A stretch of 62,656 nt of DNA, filler included. It is 5 parts of 5 records of this genome, joined end to end, with 100 filler letters (N's around TTAATTAATTAA, not from the genome) between each part and the next. Parts side by side here need not be neighbours in the genome. Positions count along the whole stretch, not along the records: positions 1 to 25,534 come from SRR20825010_3748; 4 more parts are not named here. The stretch is one strand, 5' to 3'. Below the pieces are notes generated by a model. It did not search any database. It worked only from the letters and a program-made list of their open reading frames with translations, and was not told where the DNA came from. The position numbers and the translations under genes were made by a program. This document shows positions 1 to 10,676 of the stretch, piece after piece (the first letter of the stretch is position 1; each line of letters starts with the position of its first letter).

Positions 1-183
1 GGCGTTGTCCACCACCTCGTAGACCATGTGGTGCAGGCCCGAGCCGTCGTCGGTGTCACCGATATACATGCCCGGCCGCTTCCGGACCGCATCAAGGCCG
101 CGCAGGACCTTGATCGACTCGGCGCCATATTCAGCGTCTTCGCTGGTCACGCCGTTTTCTTCCGGAAGATCATCTTGTGCCAT
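1..183 (-). CDS. gyrB: DNA gyrase subunit B, N-terminal fragment (runs off window start)
   Basis: Manual translation from ATG at 183: [69 protein letters not shown]; follows recF. Confidence 0.97.
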   Translation of the reverse strand, partial: MAQDDLPEENGVTSEDAEYGAESIKVLRGLDAVRKRPGMYIGDTDDGSGLHHMVYEVVDNA

Positions 184-207
184 GTCGGCTCCTAGTCCTT
201 CAGGTGA

Positions 208-1398
208 TCAATCGGCCCGCACTTCGCCGTCTTCAACGGCAAAGAACTGGCCTGCGCCCTCAAGGGACGCGAACAGCGCCCGGTCGGTGCCGGTCATCCA
301 GACCTGCCCGCCAAGCGCGAGGAGAATATCGTAAAGCGCAGCCCGGCGGCCGCTGTCGAGATGGGCAGCCACCTCGTCCAGCAACAGCACGGGAACCGCG
401 CCGGTTTCATACGCGCCCAGCCTTGCATGGCCGAGCACGATGGCAATCAGCAGCGCTTTCTGCTCCCCCGTGGAGCAATGCGGCGCCATCATGCCCTTGG
501 TCATATGCCGGACCTCGAGGTCGCTGCGATGCGGGCCCGGAACAGCCGCCGGCTCGCTGCCGTCGAGGCGCCGGGCCTTTTCCAGCCGCGCCTTCAGCTC
601 ATCCTCGACCGCAAGCGCCGGGCGGTTGGCAATCTCCGTCTCGACATATCCGTCAAGGCTGAGCTCGGCTCCCGGAAAGGGGCCCGAGCCCGCCGCCGTC
701 ACCGTATTCAGCCGCGCCACAAGTCCCGCCCGGGCGGCGGCGATGGCAACCGCCTTTTCAGCGATGGATTCTTCAAGCGCCGCGAACCAGGCACGGTCCC
801 GTGTGCCGTTCCGCAGCAGCCGCGCCCGTTCGCGCAGCGCATGGGTATAGGCATTCACCCGCGTCGCATGATCCGGATCGAAGGCATAAACCAGCCGATC
901 CAGAAAGCGCCGCCGGTTCGAGGAGCCCTCGATGAACAACCGGTCCATCTGCGGTGTCAGCCAGGAAACCGCCAGATGCTCGGCCAGCACGGTCTGGCTC
1001 TTCGCCGGCACACCGTCGATCCGCACCAGACGTTTCTCGCCACCGTCACGGCCGGTGCCCTCGGGTCCCGGATCGCGGCCGGTGCCGATCTGCACGGAGC
1101 CGATCATGCCGCCAACCTCGGCCGAAACGGCCCAGGCGGCGTTGCTTCCATCGGCCGCGGCCCGCCCGACCTCGGAGATCCTGGCCCGGCGCAGGCCGCG
1201 CCCGGGGGTCAGGAAAGAAACCGCCTCAAGCAAATTGGTCTTGCCGGCGCCATTCGGTCCGGTCAGCACGATCGCCGAAGACGAAACATCCATCCGGGCC
1301 GCGCCATAATTGCGAAACGCGGTCACGGACAGGCGGCTGACGCGCGGCGAGACCCGTCCGGTGCTGGTCGGCACCGGTGCGGGCGTCGTTCGGGACAT
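208..1398 (-). CDS. recF: DNA replication/repair protein RecF
   Basis: FRNY, Walker A GPNGAGKTNLLEA, GPHRSD, STGEQK and LLLDEVAAHLD motifs; dnaN-recF-gyrB order; start taken at internal ATG 1398 (ORF open to 1425). Confidence 0.96.
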   Translation of the reverse strand: MSRTTPAPVPTSTGRVSPRVSRLSVTAFRNYGAARMDVSSSAIVLTGPNGAGKTNLLEAVSFLTPGRGLRRARISEVGRAAADGSNAAWAVSAEVGGMIGSVQIGTGRDPGPEGTGRDGGEKRLVRIDGVPAKSQTVLAEHLAVSWLTPQMDRLFIEGSSNRRRFLDRLVYAFDPDHATRVNAYTHALRERARLLRNGTRDRAWFAALEESIAEKAVAIAAARAGLVARLNTVTAAGSGPFPGAELSLDGYVETEIANRPALAVEDELKARLEKARRLDGSEPAAVPGPHRSDLEVRHMTKGMMAPHCSTGEQKALLIAIVLGHARLGAYETGAVPVLLLDEVAAHLDSGRRAALYDILLALGGQVWMTGTDRALFASLEGAGQFFAVEDGEVRAD

Positions 1399-1466
1399 GT
1401 CCGTGTTTCGCAATGCGTTCAACATTTCCGTTCGTGCTGGCCTTGTTACCCTGGACCGGGCGGTCC

Positions 1467-2585
1467 TCAGACGCGCATCGGCATCAGCACGTAAAGCGCG
1501 CTTTCATCATCCTGGTCGAGGATGATTGTCGGCGAGGCCTGGTCGGCGAGCTGGAAGATCGCCCGCTCCCCCTCGATCTGGCTGGTGATGTCCAGAAGGT
1601 ACTTGGAATTGAAACCGATCTCGATATCGCTCGCGCTGTAATCGACCTCGACCTCTTCCTGCGCGGTCCCGTTGTCCGGGCTGCTGGCGGAAAGGGTCAA
1701 CTGGCCGCTGGTGACGGCAAGTTTCACCGACCGGGATTTTTCCGTGGAGATCGTCGCCACGCGGTCCACCGCTTCGGAGAAGCGCTGCCGGTCGACATGC
1801 AGCATCTTGTCGTTACCGCTCGGGATCACCCGCTCATAATCCGGGAACGTCCCGTCGATCAGCTTGGTGGTGACAACCGTTTCCTCGAAGGAAACCCGGA
1901 GCTTGGTGTCCGACAGCGAGATCGTGACCTCACCCTCGACACCGTCGATCAGCTTGCGGATCTCGTTCACCGCCTTGCGCGGCACGATCACGCCGGGCAT
2001 GTCCGCCGCGCCTTCGGGCAGCGGCATCTGTACCCGGGCCAGACGATGACCGTCGGTCGCCACCGCGCGCAGCACCTTGACGCCGTCGGCTTCCGCCGCG
2101 TGCAGGAAAATACCATTCAGGTAATAGCGGGTCTCCTCGGTGGAGATCGCGAACCGGCTCCGGTCGATCAGCATGCAGAAATCCGCCGCGCTGATGACGA
2201 AGCTGTGGGGCAGCGCATCGCCGCTGAGCGCCGGAAATTCCTCCGGCATTAGAGCGGGAAGCGAGAAATTCGAGCGGCCGGCGCGGATCGTCACGCGGCT
2301 GACATCGCCAGCGGCGGCAAGCTCGACATCCGATCCATCGGGCAGCTTGCGGACGATATCGTAGAGGGTATGGGCCGGCACCGTCACGATCCCGGCTTCC
2401 GACACATCGCAGGCCACGGATTCGACAATATCCATGTCCATGTCGGTCGTGCTCAGACCGAGCCGCCCGTCCTGCGCTTTCAACAGCACATTTGACAGGA
2501 TCGGGATCGTATTCCGGCGTTCCACAACACTTTGGACGTGTCCGAGAGGCTTAAGCAAAGCCGCGCGATCAATAACGATTTTCAT
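1467..2585 (-). CDS. dnaN: DNA polymerase III beta sliding clamp
   Basis: VERRNTIPILSN, ATDGHRLA, FPDYERVIP, C-terminal YVLMPMRV. Confidence 0.98.
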   Translation of the reverse strand: MKIVIDRAALLKPLGHVQSVVERRNTIPILSNVLLKAQDGRLGLSTTDMDMDIVESVACDVSEAGIVTVPAHTLYDIVRKLPDGSDVELAAAGDVSRVTIRAGRSNFSLPALMPEEFPALSGDALPHSFVISAADFCMLIDRSRFAISTEETRYYLNGIFLHAAEADGVKVLRAVATDGHRLARVQMPLPEGAADMPGVIVPRKAVNEIRKLIDGVEGEVTISLSDTKLRVSFEETVVTTKLIDGTFPDYERVIPSGNDKMLHVDRQRFSEAVDRVATISTEKSRSVKLAVTSGQLTLSASSPDNGTAQEEVEVDYSASDIEIGFNSKYLLDITSQIEGERAIFQLADQASPTIILDQDDESALYVLMPMRV

Positions 2586-2770
2586 ATTCTTCTACTTATC
2601 GGCTGGAAAGTTGATCCCCCAATCGCCGACCCAGCGGCGAGCGAGCGCCTCCGCATGAGACAAGCGCATGAAACTATAGCACAAGTGCATCGCGCTTGCG
2701 GTAGTTTCAAAGGCAAAAAAGTTCGTGCTGCTGACCCATTACGGACGGCGCCCGAGCCAGCCCCGAAAGA

Positions 2771-4192
2771 TCACGATTCCAGCATGCGGCGGAGCAGGTC
2801 GACATCGTCGTTGAATTGCTTGTCCAGGCCGCGCAGTTCCTCGACTTTTCGCACCGCGTGCAGCACCGTCGTATGATCCCGGCCGCCGAATTTCCGGCCA
2901 ATATCCGGCAGTGACTGCGAGGTCAGCTGCTTGGACAGATACATCGCCACCTGCCGGGGCCGGGCAATCGCGCGGGAACGGCGCGCCGAATGCATCTCCG
3001 AAAGCCTGATCTGGAAATGGTTGGCCACCTGGCGCTGGATTTCCTCGACCGTCACCCGGCGGTCATTGGCGCGCAGCAGATCGGCCAGAACCTCCTGGGT
3101 CATCTCCAGCGAAATATCCCGGCCGACCAGCGTCGAATGGGCGACGATCCGGTTCAGCGCGCCCTCAAGCTCGCGGACATTGGAGGAGATCTTGTGGGAC
3201 AGGAATTCGAGCACCTTCTCCGGCATCTCGACGCCGAGACGCTCGGCCTTGGACTGCATGATCCCGAGGCGCAGCTCGTAGTTGGTCGGATGGATATCGG
3301 CAACCAGCCCCCAGCCGAGGCGCGACCGCAGACGCTCCTCCATGCCTTCGAGGTCGGTCGGCGACTTGTCGGCGGAAATCACCACCTGGCGGTTCTGGTC
3401 CACCAGCGCGTTGAAGGTGTGGAAAAACTCTTCCTGGGTGGAATCCTTGCCGCTGATGAACTGCACATCGTCGATCATCAACAGATCGACCGACCGGAAC
3501 TGCTCCTTGAACGAAACCGTGTCACGGAAACGCAGGGCCCGGATGAACTGGTACATGAATTTTTCGGCGGAGAGATAAATCACCCGCCTGTTCGGATGCC
3601 GCTGCCGGACATGCCAGGCGATGGCGTGCATCAGGTGGGTCTTACCAAGACCGACACCGCCATAGAGGAACAGCGGATTGAACGGCACCGTCTCGCTCTC
3701 GGCAACCCGGCGCGCGGCGGCGAAGGCCAGCTCGTTCGGCTTGCCGACGACGAAATTGTCGAAAGTGAAGCGCGGATCAAGCGGCGCCTCGAAATCCGGG
3801 CGCTCGTCCGAGCCGGAAGAGCCATGAACAGCGGGCGCTCTCAGCGCGGCGGGGCGCGGCGCCGGTTCCGGCATGTCCGTCTCAATTGCAGCATCCGCCG
3901 CCTCATCCCGGCTGCTCTCGGAGCGGCCCCGGCTGGACGCGAAGATGGCAATGGATTTCACATCGGTATGTTCGACCGACCAGATCGCCCGCAAGCGGTC
4001 GGAATATTGCGACCGGACCCGGTCACGGACAAAGGGGCTCGGCGCCCGCATGATCGCCGTGCCTTCGTCGATACCCTCGAAAGTCAGCGGTTTCAGCCAG
4101 TTCCGGAAAACCGCGTCACCGAGCTCGGTCCGGAGTCTGCCCCGCACACGCGCCCAGCACAGCTCGTCATCGCCTGAAATGCCGGCTGTCAT
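2771..4192 (-). CDS. dnaA: Chromosomal replication initiator DnaA
   Basis: NPLFLYGGVGLGKTHL, LLMIDDVQF, FGGRDHTTV; ATG 4192 is preceded by GGAGG (ORF open to 4297). Confidence 0.98.
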   Translation of the reverse strand: MTAGISGDDELCWARVRGRLRTELGDAVFRNWLKPLTFEGIDEGTAIMRAPSPFVRDRVRSQYSDRLRAIWSVEHTDVKSIAIFASSRGRSESSRDEAADAAIETDMPEPAPRPAALRAPAVHGSSGSDERPDFEAPLDPRFTFDNFVVGKPNELAFAAARRVAESETVPFNPLFLYGGVGLGKTHLMHAIAWHVRQRHPNRRVIYLSAEKFMYQFIRALRFRDTVSFKEQFRSVDLLMIDDVQFISGKDSTQEEFFHTFNALVDQNRQVVISADKSPTDLEGMEERLRSRLGWGLVADIHPTNYELRLGIMQSKAERLGVEMPEKVLEFLSHKISSNVRELEGALNRIVAHSTLVGRDISLEMTQEVLADLLRANDRRVTVEEIQRQVANHFQIRLSEMHSARRSRAIARPRQVAMYLSKQLTSQSLPDIGRKFGGRDHTTVLHAVRKVEELRGLDKQFNDDVDLLRRMLES

Positions 4193-4880
4193 GTTCTGAC
4201 CTCCGGCGACCTGTCGTTGCGGCCCGAATTCACCCCACACATTCAAACCTCTTCTCGACTCCTTTTCCAGCTCGCCCCTGGCCATCCAACGCCCCATCCG
4301 ATGTATTGACCAGTCGGCCGAAAAAGTCTCTGTCCAGACGCACCTTCCCCAGAGAGAATCGCCCTCGCGATTTCTTGCACTCTTCGGGCTATGCGAAATA
4401 AATCTTAGAAACGCTAAAAGTTTTACTTGGCGCTCGTTCCGAATGCCCGGTCAAACCGTAGCGTTAAACGAATACCGAGCCTGAAGTTTTGAATAATCTT
4501 ATTCATTTTGTTTTCACTCCGGCGCGGCAGTAGGCAGTCAAACTACCCAAGTGCTTTTCCGGACGCAACCGTGACTCTATCCAAAATGACGATTTTTTTT
4601 CGCCGCAAGCGCCGATCTTTTCCTTGACAGAATCAATCTCCACTTTGAATCAACGCCTTGAATTCCGTCCTTAAGCGATGACATTGTCTTTCAATTCCAC
4701 CACTCGGAAATACACAATTAAGCAATTGTTTTTATTGAAATTTCTTAGTGTCACGCATGATTCCGCCCTGATCGCCGATCTGAATTATCGCGATTTTCGT
4801 CATGCTTTTTACATAAAACCGTAACCTGATCGTCATGACTCCCCGGGAGCCTCGGGCTTCCTCACCGGAAGCACCAAAAG
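4193..4880. promoter_or_regulatory. Long AT-rich dnaA upstream region with clustered GANTC (CcrM-type) sites
   Basis: GANTC at 4257, 4356, 4573, 4630, 4647, 4759 and 4837; visibly AT-rich; no perfect TTATCCACA box seen. Confidence 0.6.
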
Positions 4881-4881
4881 G

Positions 4882-4910
4882 AAAAGCCGCGACCCTGGGC
4901 CGCGGCTTTT
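4882..4910 (-). terminator. Intrinsic terminator downstream of rpsT (possibly bidirectional)
   Basis: AAAAGCCGCG-N9-CGCGGCTTTT inverted repeat with A/T tracts on both sides. Confidence 0.8.
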
Positions 4911-4938
4911 ACCTCAAGTATTCGTCAGGACGTCCGGA

Positions 4939-5205
4939 TTAAGCGGAGATCGCCTTGATCCGTGCGGAGAGACGCGACAGCTTGCGCGACACGGTGTTCC
5001 GGTGAAGGACACCCTTGGTCACGCCACGCTGCATTTCCGGCTGCGCGGCTTTGAACGCGGCCTGAGCGACTTCCTTGTCCCCACTGTCGATCGCCAGTTC
5101 GACCTTCTTCACGAAGGTACGAATACGGCTGATCCGGGCGTGGTTCATAACCCGGCGCCGATCGTTACGGCGAATACGTTTTTTGGCAGACTGATGTTGC
5201 GCCAT
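4939..5205 (-). CDS. rpsT: 30S ribosomal protein S20
   Basis: [14 protein letters not shown]...[16 protein letters not shown]; usual position upstream of dnaA. Confidence 0.97.
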   Translation of the reverse strand: MAQHQSAKKRIRRNDRRRVMNHARISRIRTFVKKVELAIDSGDKEVAQAAFKAAQPEMQRGVTKGVLHRNTVSRKLSRLSARIKAISA

Positions 5206-5305
5206 TTGCTTCTTATCCCAGCTCGATGCGCGGAAATTCAAGAGGGCGGCTTATAGACGAGAGTCTCCCGTCGCGTCAACCGCGTAAATCCAACTGATTT
5301 CAGAA

Positions 5306-6082
5306 TCAGCGGTTCTTGAAACTAGGCTGCCGCTTTTCCGCAAATGCGGACATGCCTTCTTTCTGGTCTTCGGTCGCGAAAGTGGCATGGAACAGCCGCC
5401 GTTCGAACTTCACACCCTCGGCCATGGTGGTCTCGTAGGACCGGTTGACCGCTTCCTTCGCCATCAACACGGACGGGCGGGACAGATCGGCGATCTTCCC
5501 CGCCACCTTCAGGGCCTCTTCCAGCAGATCGGCTGCCGGAACGACGCGGCTCACAAGACCCGCCCGCTCGGCTTCCTCCGCACCCATCATCCGTCCGGTC
5601 AGGCACATTTCCATGGCCTTGGACTTGCCGACGAACCGGGTCAGGCGCTGTGTGCCGCCGGCCCCCGGGATCGTGCCGATGGTGATTTCCGGCTGGCCGA
5701 ATTTCGCCGTGTCGGCGGCCAGGATGAAATCGCACATCATCGCCACTTCGCAGCCGCCGCCGAGCGCATAGCCCGAGACCGCCGCGATCACCGGCTTGCG
5801 GCAGCGGGTAATCTCTTCCCAGCCGCTGGTGATGAAATCCTCACTGAACACGTCAGTGAAGGACTTGCTCTGCATCTCCTTGATGTCGGCACCGGCGGCA
5901 AAAGCCTTCTCGCTGCCGGTCAGCACCATGCAGCCGATATCGTCATCCGCCTCGAAATCGGCGAGCGCCTTGCCCAGCTCCGCCATCAGCGCGCTCGACA
6001 GGGCGTTCAGCGCCTTCGGCCGGTTCAGAGTGATGAGGCCGACGGCCCCCTTCTTCTCAACCAGAATGTTCTCATATGCCAT
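5306..6082 (-). CDS. Enoyl-CoA hydratase (crotonase family)
   Basis: [39 protein letters not shown]. Confidence 0.93.
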   Translation of the reverse strand: MAYENILVEKKGAVGLITLNRPKALNALSSALMAELGKALADFEADDDIGCMVLTGSEKAFAAGADIKEMQSKSFTDVFSEDFITSGWEEITRCRKPVIAAVSGYALGGGCEVAMMCDFILAADTAKFGQPEITIGTIPGAGGTQRLTRFVGKSKAMEMCLTGRMMGAEEAERAGLVSRVVPAADLLEEALKVAGKIADLSRPSVLMAKEAVNRSYETTMAEGVKFERRLFHATFATEDQKEGMSAFAEKRQPSFKNR

Positions 6083-6131
6083 CGGATCGCTCCCATTCAT
6101 CCGTTGCGCGCCAGCGGGACAAGCCCGCCGG

Positions 6132-6533
6132 TCATCTAGGCAATAAGGAATACCGGACCAGCGTATCCTCGCCGTCCGGTGTGAAATCCAGCGTCAGACT
6201 CTCCCCCTCACGCTGGTAGGTATTCTCTCCCGCCCGGGTCCAGCCGAGCTGGCCGAGGGTCTCCGCATAAAAGGACTGAATGCCGGCAACGGGCAGAGGT
6301 CCGCGGGCAAAGGCCACCACGATCCGTCCGCTGGCCGCATCGAATGCCAGCGAGGCATCGGGAATTTGTTCGAGGCCCGGCATCAAGGGCAGATCGGCAA
6401 AGCCTTCGACAAAGCTGTCCGCCGCCAATCCCGCCCGGGCAGACGCCAGCAGCAGGACGAAGACAAACACTCTGACAAGGAGCCGAAGCGCCCGGAGTGC
6501 GGACCCGCGCTTGTTGTTTTGCCGGATAGACAT
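6132..6533 (-). CDS. Hypothetical exported protein
   Basis: ATG 6533 just after the mutM stop; basic then hydrophobic signal-like N-terminus, followed by [14 protein letters not shown]... Confidence 0.7.
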   Translation of the reverse strand: MSIRQNNKRGSALRALRLLVRVFVFVLLLASARAGLAADSFVEGFADLPLMPGLEQIPDASLAFDAASGRIVVAFARGPLPVAGIQSFYAETLGQLGWTRAGENTYQREGESLTLDFTPDGEDTLVRYSLLPR

Positions 6534-6549
6534 AATGGCAGCTTCTACC

Positions 6550-7380
6550 TCACCGCTGGCAGCGTGGACAATAGAAAGTGGACCGGCCGGACTGGACAAT
6601 GCGGCGGATCGGCCCGTGACCGGGCTCCACCGGGCATGCCGTGCCCTCGCGGTCATAGACGGCGAATTCATGCTGGAAATAGCCGAGCTCCCCGTCCGGC
6701 CGGGCATGATCCCGGAGCGTAGAGCCCCCGGCCAGGATCGCCGCCTGCAATACTTCCCGGATGTCTCCCGCCAGCCGTTCGGCCCGCGCTCCCTGTACAT
6801 TGGCAGCCTTGCGCAGGGGCGAAATGCCGGACCGGAACAACGCTTCCGACACATAGATATTGCCAAGCCCCGCAACAACCTTCTGATCCAGCAAAGCCGC
6901 CTTGATCGGCGTCTGCTTTCCCGCCAGGGCGGCGGCCAGCGCCGGGCCATTGAACGCGTTGGAAAGCGGCTCCGGCCCCATCCCGGCAAAATGCTTGTGG
7001 GCCGGAATCTCACCTTCCATCGCGAGATCCATGGAGCCGAACCGGCGCTGATCGTTGAACCGGATCACGGTGCCGTCCTCAATGGTGAAGACAACATGAT
7101 CGTGCCGGTCCAGCTCGGCCGGGCGGATCTCGTCGATAGTGACCCGGCCGGACATGCCGAGATGCCAGATCAGGACGGTTCCGTCTTCCATATGAACGAG
7201 CATGTATTTCGCCCGCCGGGTCATGCTGGCAACCCGTTGACCTTCGAGACGAGCAACAAAATCTTCTGGGAACGGCCAGCGCAAATTCGGCCGCCGCTGC
7301 TCCACACGCATCAGCCGCTTACCCTCCATAAAGGGCTGCAGGCCGCGCATCACGGTTTCCACCTCGGGCAGTTCAGGCAC
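6550..7380 (-). CDS. mutM: Formamidopyrimidine-DNA glycosylase
   Basis: GTG start giving [21 protein letters not shown], zinc finger CPV...FYCPRCQ. Confidence 0.96.
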   Translation of the reverse strand: MPELPEVETVMRGLQPFMEGKRLMRVEQRRPNLRWPFPEDFVARLEGQRVASMTRRAKYMLVHMEDGTVLIWHLGMSGRVTIDEIRPAELDRHDHVVFTIEDGTVIRFNDQRRFGSMDLAMEGEIPAHKHFAGMGPEPLSNAFNGPALAAALAGKQTPIKAALLDQKVVAGLGNIYVSEALFRSGISPLRKAANVQGARAERLAGDIREVLQAAILAGGSTLRDHARPDGELGYFQHEFAVYDREGTACPVEPGHGPIRRIVQSGRSTFYCPRCQR

Positions 7381-7549
7381 GTCGCCCCCCTTCGCTTCCG
7401 CGTCTGTTTCTCTGTACGGGAGCGGGCAGGGACGGGCAAGCATGTCCGCACGGCCATTGCTTCTCCTGTTGGATTGCCGCTCACTCTGGGCTAGATCACG
7501 GGTGGGGCGATCCTTGGGATCGGCTCCATTCGGTAACGGGATTTTCGCG

Positions 7550-8290
7550 ATGACTGAAAACGCCACCACCCATTTCGGCTTCAAGGATGTGCCCGTCGGC
7601 GAGAAAGCCGGGCTGGTACGCGAGGTTTTCGACTCCGTCGCCGGCCGCTACGACCTGATGAACGACCTGATGAGCCTCGGCATCCACCGGCTCTGGAAGG
7701 CCGCGCTGATGGACTGGGTGGCGCCGCGCCCGGACCTCACCCTGCTGGACGTGGCTGGCGGTACCGGCGACATCGCTTTCCGCTACCGGGAGCGCGGCGG
7801 CGGGCCGGTCATTGTCTGCGATATCAACGAAGCGATGCTGACCGTCGGCCGCGAGCGTGCCGCCGAAAACGGCATCGGGGATCTGACCTGGACCGTCGGC
7901 AATGCCGAGATGCTGCCGATCGAGAGCAATTCGGTCGATCTCTATACAATCGCCTTCGGCCTGCGGAACGTGACCGACATCGACGCCGCCCTGCGCGACG
8001 CGCGGCGCGTGCTGAAGCCGGGCGGGCGCTTCCTCTGTCTCGAATTCAGCCGCCTCGCCCTGCCGGCGCTCGACCCGGTTTATGATTTCTATTCCTTCAA
8101 GGTGCTGCCGGAAATCGGCGCCCGTGTTGCCGACGACCGCGACGCCTATCTCTATCTGGCTGAAAGCATCCGGAAATTCCCGGATCAGGAGCGCTTTGTC
8201 GACCGGATCGAAGCCGCCGGGTTCGGCCGTATCCGCTACCGCAATCTTTCCGGCGGTATCGCGGCCATTCATTCCGCCTGGAAGATCTGA
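7550..8290 (+). CDS. ubiE: Ubiquinone/menaquinone C-methyltransferase
   Basis: [38 protein letters not shown]; adjacent to ubiB. Confidence 0.95.
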   Translation: MTENATTHFGFKDVPVGEKAGLVREVFDSVAGRYDLMNDLMSLGIHRLWKAALMDWVAPRPDLTLLDVAGGTGDIAFRYRERGGGPVIVCDINEAMLTVGRERAAENGIGDLTWTVGNAEMLPIESNSVDLYTIAFGLRNVTDIDAALRDARRVLKPGGRFLCLEFSRLALPALDPVYDFYSFKVLPEIGARVADDRDAYLYLAESIRKFPDQERFVDRIEAAGFGRIRYRNLSGGIAAIHSAWKI

Positions 8291-8295
8291 CCCTT

Positions 8296-9843
8296 ATGTG
8301 GCGCGCCCTTCGTAACCTCATCCGTCTCTGCGGCTCGGCCTGGATCCTCGCCCGGCACGGGGCGCTGGCACCGCTCGCCAATATCCCGCAGGCACCGGCG
8401 CTTGCGTTTGCCGCGCGCGTCGTTCTGCTGTTCCGGGACCGGCGCTATGACCGGCTGCGGCCCGGCGAACGGCTGGCGGCAGCCCTCAGCGCCCTTGGCC
8501 CCAGCTTCATCAAGTTCGGCCAGTCGCTTGCCACCCGCTCGGACCTGATCGGCGAGGAACAGGCGCATGACCTTTCCCAGCTGCAGGACCGCTTGAAACC
8601 CTTTTCCGCCACCGTCGCCAAGCGCATGCTGGAGGAAGAGCTGGAACGCCCCATCGGCGAGGTGTTCAGCAGCTTCGAGGAAAAACCGGTCGCCGCCGCC
8701 TCCATCGCACAGGTGCATTTCGCCGTCACCACGGAAGGCGAGGATGTCGCCGTCAAGATCCTGCGGCCCGATATCGAGAAACGGTTCGCCCGCGACCTCG
8801 ACCTGTTCCTCTGGATCGCCGAGCTGCTGGAAGAGCACTGGCCCTGGATCCGCCGCCTGAAGCCGGTCGAGGTGATCGAACTGTTCGCCGAAACCGTCGA
8901 GATGGAAATGGACCTCCGCATGGAGGCTGCTGCCGCGTCCGAGCTGGCCGATAATTTTGCCGACGATCCGGGCTTCCGGGTCCCGAATGTGGACTGGAGC
9001 CGGACCACCGCGCGGATCATGACCGTCGAACGGGTGCGCGGCGCCCGGATCGACAATCTGGAAGCCCTGCAGGAGATGGGGCTGGACCCCACGGAAATCC
9101 TGCGCCAGGCGGCCACTGCCTTCTTCAATCAGGTGTTCCGGGACGGCTTCTTCCATGCCGACATGCATCCGGGCAACGCTTTCGTGGACGCCGAGGGCCG
9201 CGTCGTCCCGGTCGATTTCGGCATCATGGGCCGGCTCGACCAGAAGACCCGCTATTTCCTCGCCGACATGCTGACCGGCTTTCTGACCGGCGATTACCGC
9301 AAGGTCGCCGAGGTGCATTTCCGGGCGGGTTACGTGCCCGCGCACAAGAGTATCGACGCTTTCACCCAGGCCTGCCGCTCCATCGGCGAGCCACTGCTTG
9401 GCCGTCCGCTGCACGAGATTTCCGTCGCCCGGCTGCTGGCACAATTGTTCCGCATCACCGAGCAGTTCGAGATGGAAACCCAGCCCCAGCTCCTGCTGTT
9501 GCAGAAGACCATGGTGGTGGCGGAAGGCGTCGGCCGGACGCTCAATCCCGACGTCAATATGTGGGAGCTGCCCCGGCCGATGATCGAGGACTGGATGCTG
9601 GAGCATCGAGGCCCGCAAGCCCGGATCAAGGAAGCCGCTTCCCACGCCATCGCCCTTGCCGAGCGTCTGCCCCAGATCATCGAGGCCACGGACAAGGTCA
9701 TGGCCTCAATGACCGAAGGCGGCGTCAAGCTGCACCCCGAAACCGTGGCCCGCTTCGCCGAGGAAAGCGCAAAGCGCCGCCGCTCCTTCTGGCCGGTCTG
9801 GCTCGCCCTCTTCATCGCCGCGCTGGCGCTGCTGATCGACTGA
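8296..9843 (+). CDS. ubiB: Ubiquinone biosynthesis kinase-like protein UbiB
   Basis: LGPSFIKFGQ, AAASIAQVH, VAVKILRP, FFHADMHPGN, DFGIMG. Confidence 0.95.
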   Translation: MWRALRNLIRLCGSAWILARHGALAPLANIPQAPALAFAARVVLLFRDRRYDRLRPGERLAAALSALGPSFIKFGQSLATRSDLIGEEQAHDLSQLQDRLKPFSATVAKRMLEEELERPIGEVFSSFEEKPVAAASIAQVHFAVTTEGEDVAVKILRPDIEKRFARDLDLFLWIAELLEEHWPWIRRLKPVEVIELFAETVEMEMDLRMEAAAASELADNFADDPGFRVPNVDWSRTTARIMTVERVRGARIDNLEALQEMGLDPTEILRQAATAFFNQVFRDGFFHADMHPGNAFVDAEGRVVPVDFGIMGRLDQKTRYFLADMLTGFLTGDYRKVAEVHFRAGYVPAHKSIDAFTQACRSIGEPLLGRPLHEISVARLLAQLFRITEQFEMETQPQLLLLQKTMVVAEGVGRTLNPDVNMWELPRPMIEDWMLEHRGPQARIKEAASHAIALAERLPQIIEATDKVMASMTEGGVKLHPETVARFAEESAKRRRSFWPVWLALFIAALALLID

Positions 9844-9854
9844 CGTCAGGAAGA

Positions 9855-10535
9855 TCAGGCGGCCATATGCGCCCCGGCAAGATTTAGCACGAGACTGTCC
9901 ACCGCGCGTTCCGCGGCAGCGATTGAGTTCTGCAGACGATCATCGGCGAACTCGTCATATTCGATGGCAACCCGATGCACGTCCGTGATGCCAATATAGG
10001 CGAAGGGAGTCACGATCCCCGGCTCGACATGATTCATGTGCGCAAGCCGCTGATCCGGATCATAGCCGTAGTCTCCGCGCGCGGACAGGATGACCAGGGT
10101 CTTGCCGCCAGTGACCATCGGCCAATAAGGCACTCCCTCGCGGGATCGGTCGAAACCGAAGGTCCGGCCAACGCGGACGATATTGTCGATATACGCCTTG
10201 AACTGGGCCGGCATGCCAAAGTTATACATCGGCGCCCCGACGACAATGACGTCCGCCGACAGTAACTCGTCGACCAGCTCATCACTCTCGGCAAGGACGT
10301 CCTTCATCCATGGTTCGCGCTGCTCCGGAGGCGTGAAAGCGGCATGTATCCATCCGCCGGTGACCGGTTGTGGCGGCGTTGCGCCAACATCCCGGTATAT
10401 CGTTTGATCCGAGGGGTTGCGCTTCCGCCACTCGGTCATGAACCGGCGCGTCAGCCGTCTGGTATGCGAGCCAAACCGCGTTTCCTGCGAACTGTCGGGA
10501 CGGGCACTGCTGTCTATATGAAGGATGGCTTTCAT
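9855..10535 (-). CDS. FMN-dependent NADH-azoreductase (AzoR/AcpD family)
   Basis: ILHIDSSAR, PMYNFGMPAQFKAYID, SARG flavodoxin-like motifs. Confidence 0.9.
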   Translation of the reverse strand: MKAILHIDSSARPDSSQETRFGSHTRRLTRRFMTEWRKRNPSDQTIYRDVGATPPQPVTGGWIHAAFTPPEQREPWMKDVLAESDELVDELLSADVIVVGAPMYNFGMPAQFKAYIDNIVRVGRTFGFDRSREGVPYWPMVTGGKTLVILSARGDYGYDPDQRLAHMNHVEPGIVTPFAYIGITDVHRVAIEYDEFADDRLQNSIAAAERAVDSLVLNLAGAHMAA

Positions 10536-10637
10536 TCATCTCGCTCCGGATTGCCTGATAATAAGCAGCCTGTGCCGACAAACGCCGGTAACAGCTGTTT
10601 CATGGATGAAGATGAGTGCTATAAAAGTGCCGTACAA

Positions 10638-10674
10638 ATGCCGATTTCTCATCCTGTAGATGAATTGAATTCAT
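10638..10674. promoter_or_regulatory. Two LysR-type T-N11-A dyad boxes
   Basis: ATGCCGATTTCTCAT (10638-10652) and ATGAATTGAATTCAT (10660-10674), 22 bp apart, between divergent azoreductase and LysR genes. Confidence 0.65.
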
Positions 10675-10676
10675 TC

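Noticed and set aside
4298-4880. Confident oriC call
   Set aside because: No perfect DnaA boxes seen; alphaproteobacterial origins often lie elsewhere
6534-7013. N-terminal part of the 293-aa ORF 6132-7013
   Set aside because: Overlaps mutM in another frame; the real gene most likely starts at ATG 6533
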